A stretch of DNA of 64,000 nucleotides, from assembly GCA_963809055.1 (NCBI GenBank), contig CAWEID010000021.1, positions 75,351-139,350 of the forward strand, read 5' to 3'. Below the pieces are notes generated by a model, which was not told the DNA's origin, searched no databases, and worked only from the letters and a program-made list of their open reading frames with translations. This stretch comes from an uncultured Pseudomonadota bacterium (GTDB lineage: Bacteria > Pseudomonadota > Alphaproteobacteria > Rhizobiales > Beijerinckiaceae). The position numbers were made by a program, and so were the translations under genes. Positions 41,546-52,629 of the stretch are shown piece after piece (the first letter of the stretch is position 1; every line of letters starts with the position of its first letter).

Positions 41546-42430
41546 ATGGCCGCTTATCGGGCCCTGTTTCTCGCTGGCGCCGCGCTTGTCGGGTTGACTC
41601 GCGTCGCTCTCGCCGCCGATCTCCTGCCGCCCGCGCCCGCCCTTGAGCCCGCGACGCCAGAATTTAACGGCTGGTATCTGCGCGGCGACGTCGGCTTGGC
41701 GACCAACGCCTCGACGATCGACCTTGAAAACACGCCCAATCCGCTTGCGACCGGCCTCTATTCCGCATCCGCATACCAAAGCTTCAACAACACCACGCTG
41801 TCGTCGTCGGAACTTTTCGACGTCGGCGTCGGTTACCAGTTCAACGCCTGGCTGCGCGGCGACGTCACGCTGGAATATCGCAACGGCGGGCAATTCCAGT
41901 CGTTGTATACGCTGGCCGATCCGGCGACCAACACGCAATATGCCGAGTTCTATCGCGCCAACACTTCAGCCGTGATCGGCCTGGTCAACGTCTACGCCGA
42001 TATCGGCACCTGGTATGGCATCACGCCCTTCGTAGGCGGCGGAATCGGATTTGCCGATAAATCGCTCTACGGCATGACCGACCAGGGTCAGGTCTATCCC
42101 GGCGGCTACCCGTCCGGCGGCTATTTCAGCAACGGCTATTCCAGCAGCTTCGCCTGGGCCCTTATGGCCGGCCTCGATTTCAACATCACGCAGAACCTGA
42201 AGCTTGAAGTCGGCTACCGATATCTCAACTACGGTTCGATCACCTCCGGCGGCTCGAACTGTCTGAACGGCACCGGGCAGGGCAACGGCTTCTCGGTCGC
42301 CAGCTGCGGCGGCTCGAACAATTACGTGCGCTCGACCAACACGCTCGCCTCGAACGACTTCCGGGTCGGCCTGATCTGGATGCTCGGCGAAGCCGCGCCC
42401 CCGCCCGCGCCGCTGGTGCGCAAGTACTGA
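41546..42430 (+). CDS. Outer-membrane beta-barrel protein (Omp25/RopB/Opa-like)
   Basis: Signal peptide ALAADL, GWYLRGDVG, GVGYQFN, TPFVGGGIG, FAWALMAG, LEVGYRYL, PLVRKY tail. Confidence 0.9.
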   Translation: MAAYRALFLAGAALVGLTRVALAADLLPPAPALEPATPEFNGWYLRGDVGLATNASTIDLENTPNPLATGLYSASAYQSFNNTTLSSSELFDVGVGYQFNAWLRGDVTLEYRNGGQFQSLYTLADPATNTQYAEFYRANTSAVIGLVNVYADIGTWYGITPFVGGGIGFADKSLYGMTDQGQVYPGGYPSGGYFSNGYSSSFAWALMAGLDFNITQNLKLEVGYRYLNYGSITSGGSNCLNGTGQGNGFSVASCGGSNNYVRSTNTLASNDFRVGLIWMLGEAAPPPAPLVRKY

Positions 42431-42458
42431 GCCGGCGCGACCGGTTTCGCAGATTTGC

Positions 42459-42486
42459 AGCGGCGCCGGCCTCCGGCGCCGCTTTC
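42459..42486. terminator. Hairpin terminator between convergent omp and pcaD genes
   Basis: Perfect 11-bp stem AGCGGCGCCGG-CCT-CCGGCGCCGCT followed by TTCGTT. Confidence 0.6.
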
Positions 42487-42495
42487 GTTCGGGCG

Positions 42496-43278
42496 TCAGC
42501 CGAGAAAGGCGAGGATTTCGCGCGCGAGCGCGTCCGGCCGTTGCACGCAGGGCAGGTGCCCGGCGCCCGGGATCTCGACGTAGCGCGCGCCCGGCGCAAG
42601 TGAGGCGAGCTTGCGCACCAGTTCGGGCGGCGTCGAGCCGTCGAATTCGCCGCCGACGCAGAGCGTCGGGACCGCCGCCGCCTTGGCCGCCTCGGTCATG
42701 TCCGAATCGCGCAGGGCGACGCAGGTCGCGATATAGCCGGCGACCGGCGTGCGCGAGAGCATGTTGCGGCAGAGCGCCACCTTGCCGCCGCCCTCGGCGT
42801 AATCGGCCGGCGAAAACCAGCGCTGCAGCACCGCTTCGGCGATCGCCGCGACGCCGCCGTTCGTCACCTGCGCTATGCGCGCGTTCCAACTCTCGACGGT
42901 TCCCATCTTCGCGCCGGTGTTGTTGAGAATCAGTTGCGCGACCTTCTCGGGAAAGCGCCGGGAGAGGCCGAGCGCAATCGCCCCGCCAACCGAGACGCCG
43001 CAGATCGGCGCGCGCGCGACGCCCATCGCGTCCATGAGCGCGGCCAGATCGCGCGCATGGTCGTCGATCAGCTTCGGCGCGGCGCCGAGGTCGGAGAGGC
43101 CATGGCCGCGGAAATCGTAGCGCAGCGCGCCGAAGCCTTCGCTCTGTAGCGCCTCGACGACCTCGTCCCAGATGCGAAAATCGGAGCCGAGCGAGTTGAT
43201 GTAGACGATCGTCGGGCGCCCGCGCGCGGGGCGCAGCTCGACATGCAGGACGGCGTCGCCGATTCGCACATGACGCAT
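42496..43278 (-). CDS. pcaD: 3-oxoadipate enol-lactonase
   Basis: NSLGSD, RYDFRGHG, nucleophile GVSVGG, WNARI, RWFS, DGSTPP, AGHLP. Confidence 0.85.
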   Translation of the reverse strand: MRHVRIGDAVLHVELRPARGRPTIVYINSLGSDFRIWDEVVEALQSEGFGALRYDFRGHGLSDLGAAPKLIDDHARDLAALMDAMGVARAPICGVSVGGAIALGLSRRFPEKVAQLILNNTGAKMGTVESWNARIAQVTNGGVAAIAEAVLQRWFSPADYAEGGGKVALCRNMLSRTPVAGYIATCVALRDSDMTEAAKAAAVPTLCVGGEFDGSTPPELVRKLASLAPGARYVEIPGAGHLPCVQRPDALAREILAFLG

Positions 43279-43412
43279 GATTGATGTCTCCCGGCGGGCC
43301 GGCGAGGTTGCGCTCGCCGCCTTCTGGCACTAATCCCCGTTGCGCCCTCCTTCAAGAGCCGACGCCGTCTCGAGCGATCGCTTCCTGCGGGCGAGGCCCG
43401 AGAGGAACGCCC

Positions 43413-44338
43413 ATGTCGGAAACCGCCGCGCCCGCGCGCAAGTCGCTGCTCCGCGCCGCGTGGGACAGCCCCATTCTGTTGCTCGCGCTGACCGCCCTGA
43501 TCTGGGCGGGCCATGCGATCGTCGGGCGCCTGGCGGTCGGGCAGATCGCCCCGATGACGCTCACCTTCTTGCGCTGGGCGGTCGCGCTGTTTCCCATCGT
43601 CTACGCCGCCCGCCGGACGCTGAAGCGCGACCTCGAGATTCTGAAGCCGCGCTGGCTGTTCGTCGGCGCGATGGGCGCGCTCGGCTTCACCGGATTCAAT
43701 GCGCTGTTTTATGCTGCGGCGCATCATACCGGCGCGATAAATCTGTCGATCATCCAGGGATCGATTCCCGCGCTCGTGCTGATCGGCGCCGCGCCTGTTC
43801 CTCGGCGTACGGGCGAATGCGCTGCAGGGCTTCGGCGCCTTCGCTGACGATGGCGGGCGTCGCCGCGATCGCCTCGCAGGGCGATTGGCAGCGGCTCGCC
43901 GCGCTCGCGTTCAACAGCGGCGACGTGATGATGCTCGTCGCCTGCCTGTTCTACGCCGGCTACACCGTCGGCCTGCGCGAGCGGCCCGCGGTGTCCGGCT
44001 TCGGCTTCCTTGCCGCGATGGCCTTCGCCGCGCTGCTGACGTCGATTCCGCTGTTCATCTGGGAAATCGCTCAGGGCAAGTTCATCTGGCCGACGCCGAA
44101 GGGCCTGTTGCTGCTTGCCTATGCCGCGCTCGGCCCGGCCTTTGTGGCGCAGGTGCTTTACATGCGCGGCGTCGAACTGATCGGCCCGGGCCGCGCCGGC
44201 GTATTCGTCAATCTTGTGCCGGCGTTCGGCGCGCTCATGGCGGTGCTCTTGCTCGGCGAACCGCTCGCCGCCTATCATGTGGTTGCGCTGGCGCTCGTCA
44301 TCGGCGGCATCGTCATAGCGCAACGCAAATCGATATGA
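43413..44338 (+). CDS. DMT/EamA-family transporter, two frameshifts near 43790-43845
   Basis: LIWAGHAIVGR, PMTLTFLRW, GDVMML, GVELIGPGRAG, NLVPAFG, LLGE. Confidence 0.85.
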
Positions 44339-44430
44339 AGTATTTTGACGCGAGGCCGCGCCCGGAGCCGATCGCTGTCATATCTCTGTGATCAATCGCA
44401 CGCATCCCGCCAACCTAAAGGAGCGAACAC

Positions 44431-45101
44431 ATGGGTCGATGGGTCAAGCTGAAATCGGCCGACGGATTTGAAGTCTCCGCCTGGCGCGCCGATCCGCAGG
44501 GCGCGCCGCGCGGCGGCGATCGTCGTGGTGCAGGAAATCTTCGGCGTCAATTCTCACATCCGTCGGTCACCGACCGTTTCGCGGCGGCGGGCTATCTCGC
44601 GATCGCGCCGGCGATGTTCGATCGGGTCGAACCGGGCGTCGAACTCGGCTACGACCAGGCCTCGGTCGGCACGCGGCCGCGAGATCGCGGGCAAGGTCGA
44701 TCGCGAGCGCGCGATGCAGGATGTCGCGGCCGCCGTCGCTGCGGCTCGCGAGCGGCGGCAAGGTCGGCATCGTCGGCTTCTGCATGGGCGGCACCTATGC
44801 CTGGATCGCCTCGGCCCAAGTTCCCGGCCTTTCCGCCGCGGTCGGCTATTACGGCGGCGGGATCGTCGAGCTGAAGGACCTGAAGCCGCGCGTTCCGACG
44901 ATGCTGCATTTCGGCGAGAAGGACGGCCATATCCCGGTCGCCGGGGTGCGCGAGGTCGAGGCGCTGCATCCCGATGCGCCCGTCTATCTCTATCCCGCCG
45001 GGCACGGCTTCCACTGCGACGAGCGCGCGAGCTACGACGCGCCAAGCGCGGCCATCGCCTGGGGCCGCACGCTCGAATTCTTCCGCAAACATCTGGGCTG
45101 A
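44431..45101 (+). CDS. Dienelactone hydrolase family protein, several frameshifts
   Basis: QEIFGVNSHI, GYLAIAP, nucleophile GFCMGG, YYGG, HFGEKD, GHGF. Confidence 0.88.
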
Positions 45102-45104
45102 CGG

Positions 45105-45136
45105 AAAAAGGGCCGCGGAGGCAATCCGCGGCCCTT
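45105..45136 (-). terminator. Intrinsic terminator downstream of purC
   Basis: 12-bp stem AAGGGCCGCGGA/TCCGCGGCCCTT with a U-tract on the minus strand. Confidence 0.75.
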
Positions 45137-45165
45137 CGATCCCGGGCGAAAGTTCGATCCGTCGA

Positions 45166-45960
45166 TTACTTCACCAGCTTCGGTCCGCCGGTGCGCGGCG
45201 TCTCGCCCTCCTGCATGACGCCGAGCCGGCGCGCGACCTCGGTATAGGCCTCGATCATGCCGCCGAGGTCCTTGCGGAAGCGGTCCTTGTCCATCTTGTC
45301 GTTGGTCTTGGTGTCCCACAGACGGCAGGAATCGGGGCTGATCTCGTCGGCGACGACGATGCGCATATTGTCGCCTTCCCACAGCCGGCCGCATTCGATC
45401 TTGAAGTCGATCAGGCGGATGCCGACGCCGAGGAACAGGCCGGTCAGGAAGTCGTTGACGCGAATGGCCAGCGCCATGATGTCGTCGATTTCCTGCGGCG
45501 CCGCCCAGCCGAACGCGGTGATGTGCTCCTCCGAGACCATCGGGTCGTTCAGCGCGTCGTTCTTGTAATAGAACTCGATGATCGAGCGCGGCAATTGCGT
45601 GCCCTCCTCGATGCCGAGCCGGGTCGCGAGCGAGCCGGCCGCGACGTTGCGCACCACGACCTCGAGCGGAATGATCTCGACCTCGCGAATCAACTGCTCG
45701 CGCATGTTGATGCGGCGCATGAAATGCGTGGGCACGCCGATCTCGTTGAGCCGCTGGAACAGGTATTCGGAAATGCGGTTGTTCAGAACGCCCTTGCCTT
45801 CGATCACCTCGTGCTTCTTGGCGTTGAAGGCGGTGGCGTCGTCCTTGAAATGCTGGATCAGCGTGCCCGGCTCCGGGCCCTCGTAAAGGACTTTGGCTTT
45901 GCCTTCATAGATGCGTCGGCGGCGGTTCATGCGATGCAACCGTGGCTTGAGGAAATCCAT
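45166..45960 (-). CDS. purC: Phosphoribosylaminoimidazole-succinocarboxamide synthase
   Basis: [55 protein letters not shown]. Confidence 0.97.
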   Translation of the reverse strand: MDFLKPRLHRMNRRRRIYEGKAKVLYEGPEPGTLIQHFKDDATAFNAKKHEVIEGKGVLNNRISEYLFQRLNEIGVPTHFMRRINMREQLIREVEIIPLEVVVRNVAAGSLATRLGIEEGTQLPRSIIEFYYKNDALNDPMVSEEHITAFGWAAPQEIDDIMALAIRVNDFLTGLFLGVGIRLIDFKIECGRLWEGDNMRIVVADEISPDSCRLWDTKTNDKMDKDRFRKDLGGMIEAYTEVARRLGVMQEGETPRTGGPKLVK

Positions 45961-46365
45961 CGATTCGGCCTTTTCTGACGGCTATCTCGCGTCTGGCGCC
46001 GGCGGGCGCCGACGGGAATATGGGGATTCGGGCCGCGTGAGCCAAGTCTGATACCCCTCATCCAGACGCGGGGCCAGTCCTCCCTTGTTATCCGATCCGG
46101 GCCCGCGGCACAAATCCGGCCCGAACTGCCGGATTTCCCGGCCCCCGCTAGACCAAGGTTGCATAGACGGAAACGCCGGCTCGCCCTTAAGTCTTTGAAG
46201 GGAGAGGAACCAAGGGGGCGCACCGCCGGAACTGCGACCGTTATGCGGACAGGCGACATCGGCCGGCGGGCCCGAGATTTAAAGCCATAGCGTGAATTGC
46301 GCCGGGGAAGCGCCCGAGATCGGGGCCCCCGCGTCGAAGCCAAATATCGAATTAGGAGGGAACCC

Positions 46366-46683
46366 ATGGATGACGGAATGCTGAAACGGATCCAAAGCGA
46401 TCCAAATTACAAGGCCTTAGTGAGTGAAAGAACGTCGTTCGGCTGGACGCTGGCGATCCTGACCCTTGTGCTCTACTACGGCTACATCGCCATCGTCGCC
46501 TTCTCGCCGGCGACGATCGCGGTGAAGGTCGCGGGCAACATCACCATCGGGATTATCCTCGGCGTCGGCCTGATTCTCGCCTCGATCCTCCTGACCGGGA
46601 TTTACGTGGTGCGCGCCAACTCGCGCTACGACACGCTCACCCAGGCCATCGTTCAGGCCTCGACCGCCGGAGGCCGCAAGTGA
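46366..46683 (+). CDS. DUF485 (YjcH-like) small membrane protein
   Basis: Two TM helices, IYVVRAN motif, strong AGGAGG RBS; stop overlaps the actP start. Confidence 0.88.
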   Translation: MDDGMLKRIQSDPNYKALVSERTSFGWTLAILTLVLYYGYIAIVAFSPATIAVKVAGNITIGIILGVGLILASILLTGIYVVRANSRYDTLTQAIVQASTAGGRK

Positions 46684-48360
46684 AAATCCCGACCCGGCTC
46701 CTGGCGCTCGCCGCGCCGATGACTTTGCTTTCCTCCGCCGCGCTTGCGGCCGGCCCGATCGAGGCCGGCACGATGCAGGCGATCAACTGGAGCGCGATCA
46801 CCATATTCGCCGCCTTCGTCATCCTGACGCTCGGCATCACCTATTGGGCCGCGAGCCGCACCCGCACGGCCAAGGACTTCTATGCGGCCGGCGGCGGCGT
46901 CTCCGGCTTCCAGAATGGCCTCGCCATCGCCGGCGACTACATGTCGGCGGCTTCGTTCCTCGGCATTTCCGCGCTATTTTACACCAGCGGCTATTACGGG
47001 CTGATCTACTCGATCGGCTTCCTCGTAGGCTGGCCCTTCATCATGTTCCTGATGGCGGAACCGCTGCGCAACCTCGGCCGATTCACCTTCGCCGACGTGG
47101 CGTCTTATCGGCTCAGCGCGACCCCGATTCGCGCGCTGGCGGCGACCGGCACGCTGGTCACCGTAGCCTTCTACCTGATCGCCCAGATGGTCGGCGCCGG
47201 CCAGCTGATCGAGTTGCTGTTCGGCCTGCCCTATCTCTACGCGGTCGTCGTGGTCGGCGTGCTGATGATCATCTACGTCACGTTCGGCGGCATGATCGCC
47301 ACCACCTGGGTGCAGATCATCAAGGCCGGGCTCCTGCTTGGCGGCTCGACGCTTATCGCGCTGATGGTGCTCGCCCAGTTCGGCTTCGACTTCAATGCGC
47401 TCATCGCCAAGGCGATCGAGGTTCACCCGCAGCACGAGAAGATCCTGTTGCCGGGCGCCGCTGTCGCCAATCCGATCAACGCCATCTCGCTAGGTATTGC
47501 GCTGATGTTCGGCACCGCTGGCCTGCCGCACATCCTGATGCGCTTCTTTACGGTCGGCAACGCCAAGGAAGCGCGCAAGTCGGTGTTCTGGGCGACCACC
47601 TTCATCGGCTATTTTTACATCCTCACCTTCATCCTCGGCTTCGGCGCGATCGTGCTGGTGCTGCCCACGGCGGAATATCACGTTGGCGGCGACATCACGA
47701 AGGGCCTATTGGGCGGCGGCAACATGCCGGCGATTCACCTCGCCCATGCGGTCGGCGGCAATTTGATGAAGGGCTTTATCGCCGCCGTGGCCTTCGCGAC
47801 CATCCTCGCGGTCGTGTCGGGCCTGACGCTCTCGGGCGCCAGCGCCGTCAGCCACGATCTCTACGCCAGCGTGTTCCGCAAGGGCCGCGTCGACGAAGCG
47901 GCGGAGGTTCGCGTCTCGAAGATCACCACCCTGGTGCTCGGCGTCATCGCGATCGTGCTCGGCGTGCTGTTCGAGAAGGTCAACGTCGCCTTCATGGTCG
48001 GCCTCGCTTTCGCGGTTGCGGCCAGCGCGAACTTCCCCGTGCTGCTTCTCTCCATGCTGTGGAAGGGGCTGACCACCCGCGGCGCCGTCATCGGCGGTTT
48101 CGTCGGCCTGTTCTCGGCGCGTCGTGCTGACGATCTTCAGCCCGGCGATCTGGGTCGCCGTGCTCGGCTTCGACAAGTCGGGCGCCTGGTTCCCCTACGT
48201 ATCGCCGGCGCTGTTCACCATGCCGCTGTCTTTCGTCGTGATCTGGTTCTTCTCGATCACCGACAAATCAGCGCAGGCGAGCAAGGAGCAGGCGTTGTAC
48301 GAAGCCCAATACGTGCGATCGCAGACCGGCATCGGCGCAGACACGGCGGCGGTGCACTGA
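46680..48360 (+). CDS. actP: Cation/acetate symporter, frameshift near 48120
   Basis: [50 protein letters not shown]; C-terminus [10 protein letters not shown] lies in a shifted frame. Confidence 0.92.
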
Positions 48361-48395
48361 CGACGACTCGAACCCCAGGGTTGCAGATTACAGCA

Positions 48396-48424
48396 GGCGT
48401 CCCGCTTCGGCGGGGCGCCATTTT
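48396..48424 (+). terminator. Intrinsic terminator after actP
   Basis: GGCGTCCCGC-TTCG-GCGGGGCGCC followed by ATTTT. Confidence 0.75.
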
Positions 48425-48437
48425 CATTTCAGGGCCG

Positions 48438-49103
48438 TCACTCCGCGGCGCCCGCGCCCTTCCGGAGTTCGACCAACTGGCCCGCCTCCATGCGGGCGAT
48501 GTCGTTGGCAAGGCGCGCGACTTCGTCGACGCGGTGGCTGACAAAGATCATCGGAATCGCGAATTGGTCGCGCAACGTCTCGATCAGGCCGAGGATTTCC
48601 TGCTTGCGCGCGTCGTCTATCGCCGCCAGCGGTTCGTCGAGAAGGAGCGCACGGGGCTGGCTCAGCAGCGCTCGCCCGATTGCGACCCGCTGCTTCTCCC
48701 CGCCCGAAAGCCGCTCGGGCCGGCGCTGCAACAGATGCGCGATGCCGAGAAGCGCGACGACTTCGTCGAAGCTGACGAGGCGCGGAGCGGCGGCGGCGAA
48801 GCGAGCGCCATAGTTAAGGTTGGCCGCCACGCTGAGATGAGGGAACAGCCGCGGCTCCTGGAAGACATAGCCCAGTCGCCGCCGTCTCGCCGGCGCGTCG
48901 ACGCCCGCCGAGGTGTCGAGAAATACCTCGCCGTCGATCGCGATCCGCCCCTCCCGCGGCGCCATGAGCCCGGCGACGATGTTGAGCAGGGTCGTCTTGC
49001 CCGCGCCCGAGGGCCCGCATAGCGCGAGCACCCTGCCGGCCGCGCGTATGTCCGCCTCGATCGACATGGCCCCGAGGCTATGGCGGACCGCGATCTCGAT
49101 CAT
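48438..49103 (-). CDS. modC: Molybdate ABC transporter ATP-binding protein (short form, no TOBE domain)
   Basis: [44 protein letters not shown]; overlaps the modB stop. Confidence 0.88.
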   Translation of the reverse strand: MIEIAVRHSLGAMSIEADIRAAGRVLALCGPSGAGKTTLLNIVAGLMAPREGRIAIDGEVFLDTSAGVDAPARRRRLGYVFQEPRLFPHLSVAANLNYGARFAAAAPRLVSFDEVVALLGIAHLLQRRPERLSGGEKQRVAIGRALLSQPRALLLDEPLAAIDDARKQEILGLIETLRDQFAIPMIFVSHRVDEVARLANDIARMEAGQLVELRKGAGAAE

Positions 49104-49843
49104 CCCTCGCGGCCCCGTCGCTTCAGCGAGGCCGCGAGCGCCTCGGAGGCGACGAGCGCGGCGAAGGCGATGACGATGGCTATGCATGTCAGCCGCCACG
49201 TCGTCGGCGCGCCGGCGGGGTCCTGGGTCGAGCTGTAGATCGCGGTGGCGAGCGTCTGGGTCTGGCCGGGGATGTTGGCGACGAAAGTGATCGTCGCGCC
49301 GAATTCGCCGATCGCCTTGGCGAAGCCGAGGATCAGGCCGGCGAGCACGCCGGGCGCGGCGAGCGGCAGGGTGACGGTCGCGAACACGAACCACTCGGGC
49401 GCGCCGAGCGTGCGCGCGGCGTCCTCCAGCCGCTCGTCCACCGCCTCGATCGAAAGGCGGATCGAGCGCACCATCAGCGGAAAGCCCATCACCGCCGCCG
49501 CGAGCGCCGCGCCCGTCCAGCGAAACGCGAACACCAGCCCGCAGCAGGACTCAAGCGCATGCCCAAATATCCCCTGGCGGCCGAAACCGATCAGCAACAG
49601 CCAGCCGGTGACGACCGGCGGCAGCACCAACGGCAGGTGCACGACTGCGTTGAGGATCGATTTTCCCGGAAATTCGCGCCGTGCGAGGAGCCAGGCGACC
49701 GCGACGCCGAAGGGCAGGCTCGCGAGCGCGCCGACGGTTGCGACCTTGAGCGAGAGCCCGACGGCCAACAGCTCGGCCGGCGAAAGCGCGAAAATCTCGC
49801 CCAGACCCGCCCCCGCCCTCAAACCCTGTCTCCCCTTCGCCAT
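49100..49843 (-). CDS. modB: Molybdate ABC transporter permease
   Basis: LPLVLPPVVTG, FPLMVRSIR, ARTLGA, GEFGATI, NIPG. The true start may be the TTG at 49822, which has a GGGGAG RBS. Confidence 0.92.
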   Translation of the reverse strand: MAKGRQGLRAGAGLGEIFALSPAELLAVGLSLKVATVGALASLPFGVAVAWLLARREFPGKSILNAVVHLPLVLPPVVTGWLLLIGFGRQGIFGHALESCCGLVFAFRWTGAALAAAVMGFPLMVRSIRLSIEAVDERLEDAARTLGAPEWFVFATVTLPLAAPGVLAGLILGFAKAIGEFGATITFVANIPGQTQTLATAIYSSTQDPAGAPTTWRLTCIAIVIAFAALVASEALAASLKRRGREG

Positions 49844-49861
49844 GTCGGCTCAGATATAACG
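49838..49861. promoter_or_regulatory. Candidate ModE operator
   Basis: CGCCATGT-N8-ATATAACG: one perfect and one degenerate half-site of the CGTTATAT-N8-ATATAACG box, at the 5' end of modB. Confidence 0.5.
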
Positions 49862-50178
49862 CGCCCGTTCCGCGCCGGGCAATTGGCGATATGCAAGTCT
49901 TTACCACGCCATCCCACTTGTCTGTCGCAAAACGCCGGCAAGGAGTAGACTAGAAAAGTGATGCCAGGGCCTTTTCCCCGGGACTCCAAGGTTGTCGTGG
50001 CCGCGTCTTCGCCGGACGTCGATTTCCTTTTGGGTCAAGCTCCGGAACCAACAATGTAGATCGTTGCTTTACGTCAAAGTCGGCGCGGCCGGGACAAGCC
50101 CGGTCCTGGCGGCGTGGCGGATTTGCGATGGCGTGCGCCGTTCGAGCCCTGGCGTTGAGCGCACGATTGGAGACCAAC

Positions 50179-51442
50179 ATGATTGCGCGTATTTTTTCGA
50201 CACTGGCCGCCCTGGCGGTCTATGGAGCGGTTACGCTCATTTATCGGCCGACGGCGACGATCGTCGCGGGCGAAGCGGCCACGGGGCAGTTCAAGGACAG
50301 CGACCGCGCGGGCCTGATGGCGCAATGGTTCAGCGGAATAGGGACCGGGTTCGGCGTGCTCATCACCGTGCTGCTGGCGATCGCCCTCGCGCTGATCTGG
50401 CGCGCGCCGGTTGTCCGCTGGTTCGGGGGCGCGCGCCCGCGCGATTGCGCCGGTGCTGCTGCTGGTAGGGCTGGGCGGCGCCCATCCGCAAAAGGCGCTC
50501 GCCTTCGCGGACACGACCGACAAGACCGAAGCCTATACCATCCTGCCGAATGAGTCGGCGTTCTTCATTCCCGACACCGGCGCCAACAAGGAGAGCCAGG
50601 CTCAGTTCGATTCCGAGGCCTATCTCCAGGACAAGAAGATCGCGGTCAAACGCTTCGTCATCCCGCACCAGAAGCTGGCGGGCTCCGGCGGCACGTCCTG
50701 GGCCTCGACCGGCTGGGACCTCTATGTCCCGACCGGGCGCCTCATCATCGTCGACCGCTCGCCGTTCAGCCGGGAATGGGTCGCCGCGCACGATCGCGGC
50801 ACTTCGGCGAAAAACGAATCGATCCCCTGCCAGTCCAAGGAGGGCGTCAACATCACTGTCGGGGTCTCGATCGGCGCCTCCGTCACCGAGGACAACGCGG
50901 CCAAGTATCTCTACCATTTCGGCGTCCTGCCGCCGACCGACGCGGCCGGGCGTCTGCTCGACCGGAGCTCGCCGCAGACGATCTTCACGTCCGTCTATTA
51001 CAGCCGCAAGCTTTCCGACGTGATGGACGACGTCGGGCGCAAGCGCGTCCAGACGCTGATCTGCAACGAGATCGCCGCGCGTAGTTTCGACGAGGACAAC
51101 GATCAGGCGGTCAAGATCATGGACAACGTCAAGCGCGCCGCGTCGGATTATTTCGCAACCGTCGGGATCACGCTCGACTTCATCGGCTGGGGCGACACCT
51201 TCACTTTCGATCCCGACGTGCAGAAGGCGGTCAACGACAGGCGCAACGCGCAGGCGCTGAAAGACGTCCTGCCCGTCCTGCAGGCGCTCGCGCAGCTCAA
51301 GGTTCAGGAAGGCATGGGGGCGGGCTTGGCGAGCAAAGGACTGCCGGTCGTCGTGACGCCAGGCATGATCGACGCGCTGAGCAAGCTCGTCAATCAAGCA
51401 TCAGGGGCGGCCTCGGCGGCGGCGCCGGCCGCCAAGCCGTGA
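50179..51442 (+). CDS. Membrane-anchored SPFH/band-7-like hypothetical protein, probable frameshift near 50440
   Basis: N-terminal TM segments (GGAGA RBS), then soluble domain ILPNESAFFIP...DRSPFSREW...CQSKEGVNITVG...GITLDFIG...FDPDVQKAVN with a helical tail, in SPFH-like order. Confidence 0.6.
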
Positions 51443-51482
51443 GGCGAAGCCGGGGGCGACGAACGCGCGGCCCCCGCCTCGA

Positions 51483-52373
51483 TCAATTGGGCGCAGGTTC
51501 CGGCTGCGCCCCAATCTTGTCCAGCGTCTTCGTCTCGAAGTCGCCGGCGTCATGGCGTTCGGGCAGCTGGTTGGCGGGATCGCCGCTGACATTGTTGACC
51601 TTGCGCCCGCGCTTGACCGCCGGGCGCGCGGCGATCGCGTCGGCCCAGCGCAGCACGTGCGCATATTCCTGCACGCTGAGAAATTCGCCCGCCCCATAAA
51701 GCCGGCCCTTCACAAGTCCGCCGTACCAGGGCCAGACCGCGATGTCGGCGATCGTATAGTCGGAGCCTGCGAGATATTCATTCTCCGCCAGCCGGCGGTC
51801 GAGCACGTCGAGCTGCCGTTTGACCTCCATCGCGAAGCGGTCGATCGCATATTCGATCTTGTAAGGCGCATAGGCGTAGAAATGGCCGAGCCCGCCGCCG
51901 AGATAGGGCGCGCTGCCCATCTGCCAGAACAGCCAGTTCAGGCATTCCGTGCGCGTCGCCGGGTCCTTCGGCAGGAACGCCCCAAATTTCTCCGCGAGAT
52001 AGAGCAGGATCGCGCCGGATTCGAACACGCGGATCGGCTTCGGCCCGCTGCGGTCCAACAGCGCCGGAATTTTCGAGTTCGGATTGACCTCGACGAAGCC
52101 GCTGCTGAATTGGTCGCCCTGCCCGATCCGGATCAGCCAGGCGTCGTATTCGGCCCCGGCGTGGCCGAGTGCGAGCAACTCCTCCAGAAGGATCGTAACC
52201 TTCTGGCCGTTGGGCGTGGCGAGCGAATAGAGCTGCAACGGATGCCGTCCGACCGGCAACGCCTTGTCGTGGGTCGGCCCGGCGACCGGGCGGTTGATGC
52301 TGGCGAATTGGCCGCCGTTGGGCCTGTTCCAGGTCCAGACCTTCGGCGGCGTATAGGCGGGGGCGTCGTTCAT
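51483..52373 (-). CDS. yghU: Glutathione-dependent disulfide-bond oxidoreductase
   Basis: YTPPKVWTW, FASINRP, LYSLATPNGQKV, NPNSKIPAL, WQMGSAPYLGGG, ERHDA. Confidence 0.93.
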   Translation of the reverse strand: MNDAPAYTPPKVWTWNRPNGGQFASINRPVAGPTHDKALPVGRHPLQLYSLATPNGQKVTILLEELLALGHAGAEYDAWLIRIGQGDQFSSGFVEVNPNSKIPALLDRSGPKPIRVFESGAILLYLAEKFGAFLPKDPATRTECLNWLFWQMGSAPYLGGGLGHFYAYAPYKIEYAIDRFAMEVKRQLDVLDRRLAENEYLAGSDYTIADIAVWPWYGGLVKGRLYGAGEFLSVQEYAHVLRWADAIAARPAVKRGRKVNNVSGDPANQLPERHDAGDFETKTLDKIGAQPEPAPN

Positions 52374-52465
52374 GCGAGGGCTCCGGGCGTCGTTGGTGGC
52401 GCCCCACATAGTCGTCCCGAGCTCCGGTTTCCAGCCGCCCGGCGCCCAAAACCTCGTGATCGCGT

Positions 52466-52502
52466 AAAAAGAGAAGGACCGCTCCGTGAGGGGCGGCCCT
52501 TC
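52466..52502 (-). terminator. Intrinsic terminator of the small mRNA
   Basis: Minus strand GAAGGGCCGCCCC-TCAC-GGAGCGGTCCTTC-TCTTTTT. Confidence 0.8.
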
Positions 52503-52554
52503 CATTGTCGCGACCAAGCAGAGATCGCTTATGACCCAGCCGGACTAGCGTCTG

Positions 52555-52629
52555 CTATGCGCGAAAATCCTGCGCACGGACAATGGTCCAGGTCCTGCTG
52601 ATCTCGCGTGGCGAGTGACAATGAGACAC
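52555..52629 (-). CDS. 24-aa small ORF (MSHCHSPREISRTWTIVRAQDFRA) on a small mRNA with extended Shine-Dalgarno (rreB/rreR-like)
   Basis: Minus strand GAAAGGAGGTGATCC-A-GTG...TAG; upstream TATTCT -10-like box and its own terminator. Too short for the supplied ORF track. Confidence 0.72.
   Translation of the reverse strand: MSHCHSPREISRTWTIVRAQDFRA

Noticed and set aside
46680-49022. Apparent 780-aa ActP fusion protein
   Set aside because: A frameshift near 48120 causes read-through into antisense modC; the real C-terminus and terminator are at 48360-48424.
50044-50066. GGAAC...CGTT as a general-stress ECF sigma promoter
   Set aside because: The spacer is 13 nt rather than the expected 16-17.
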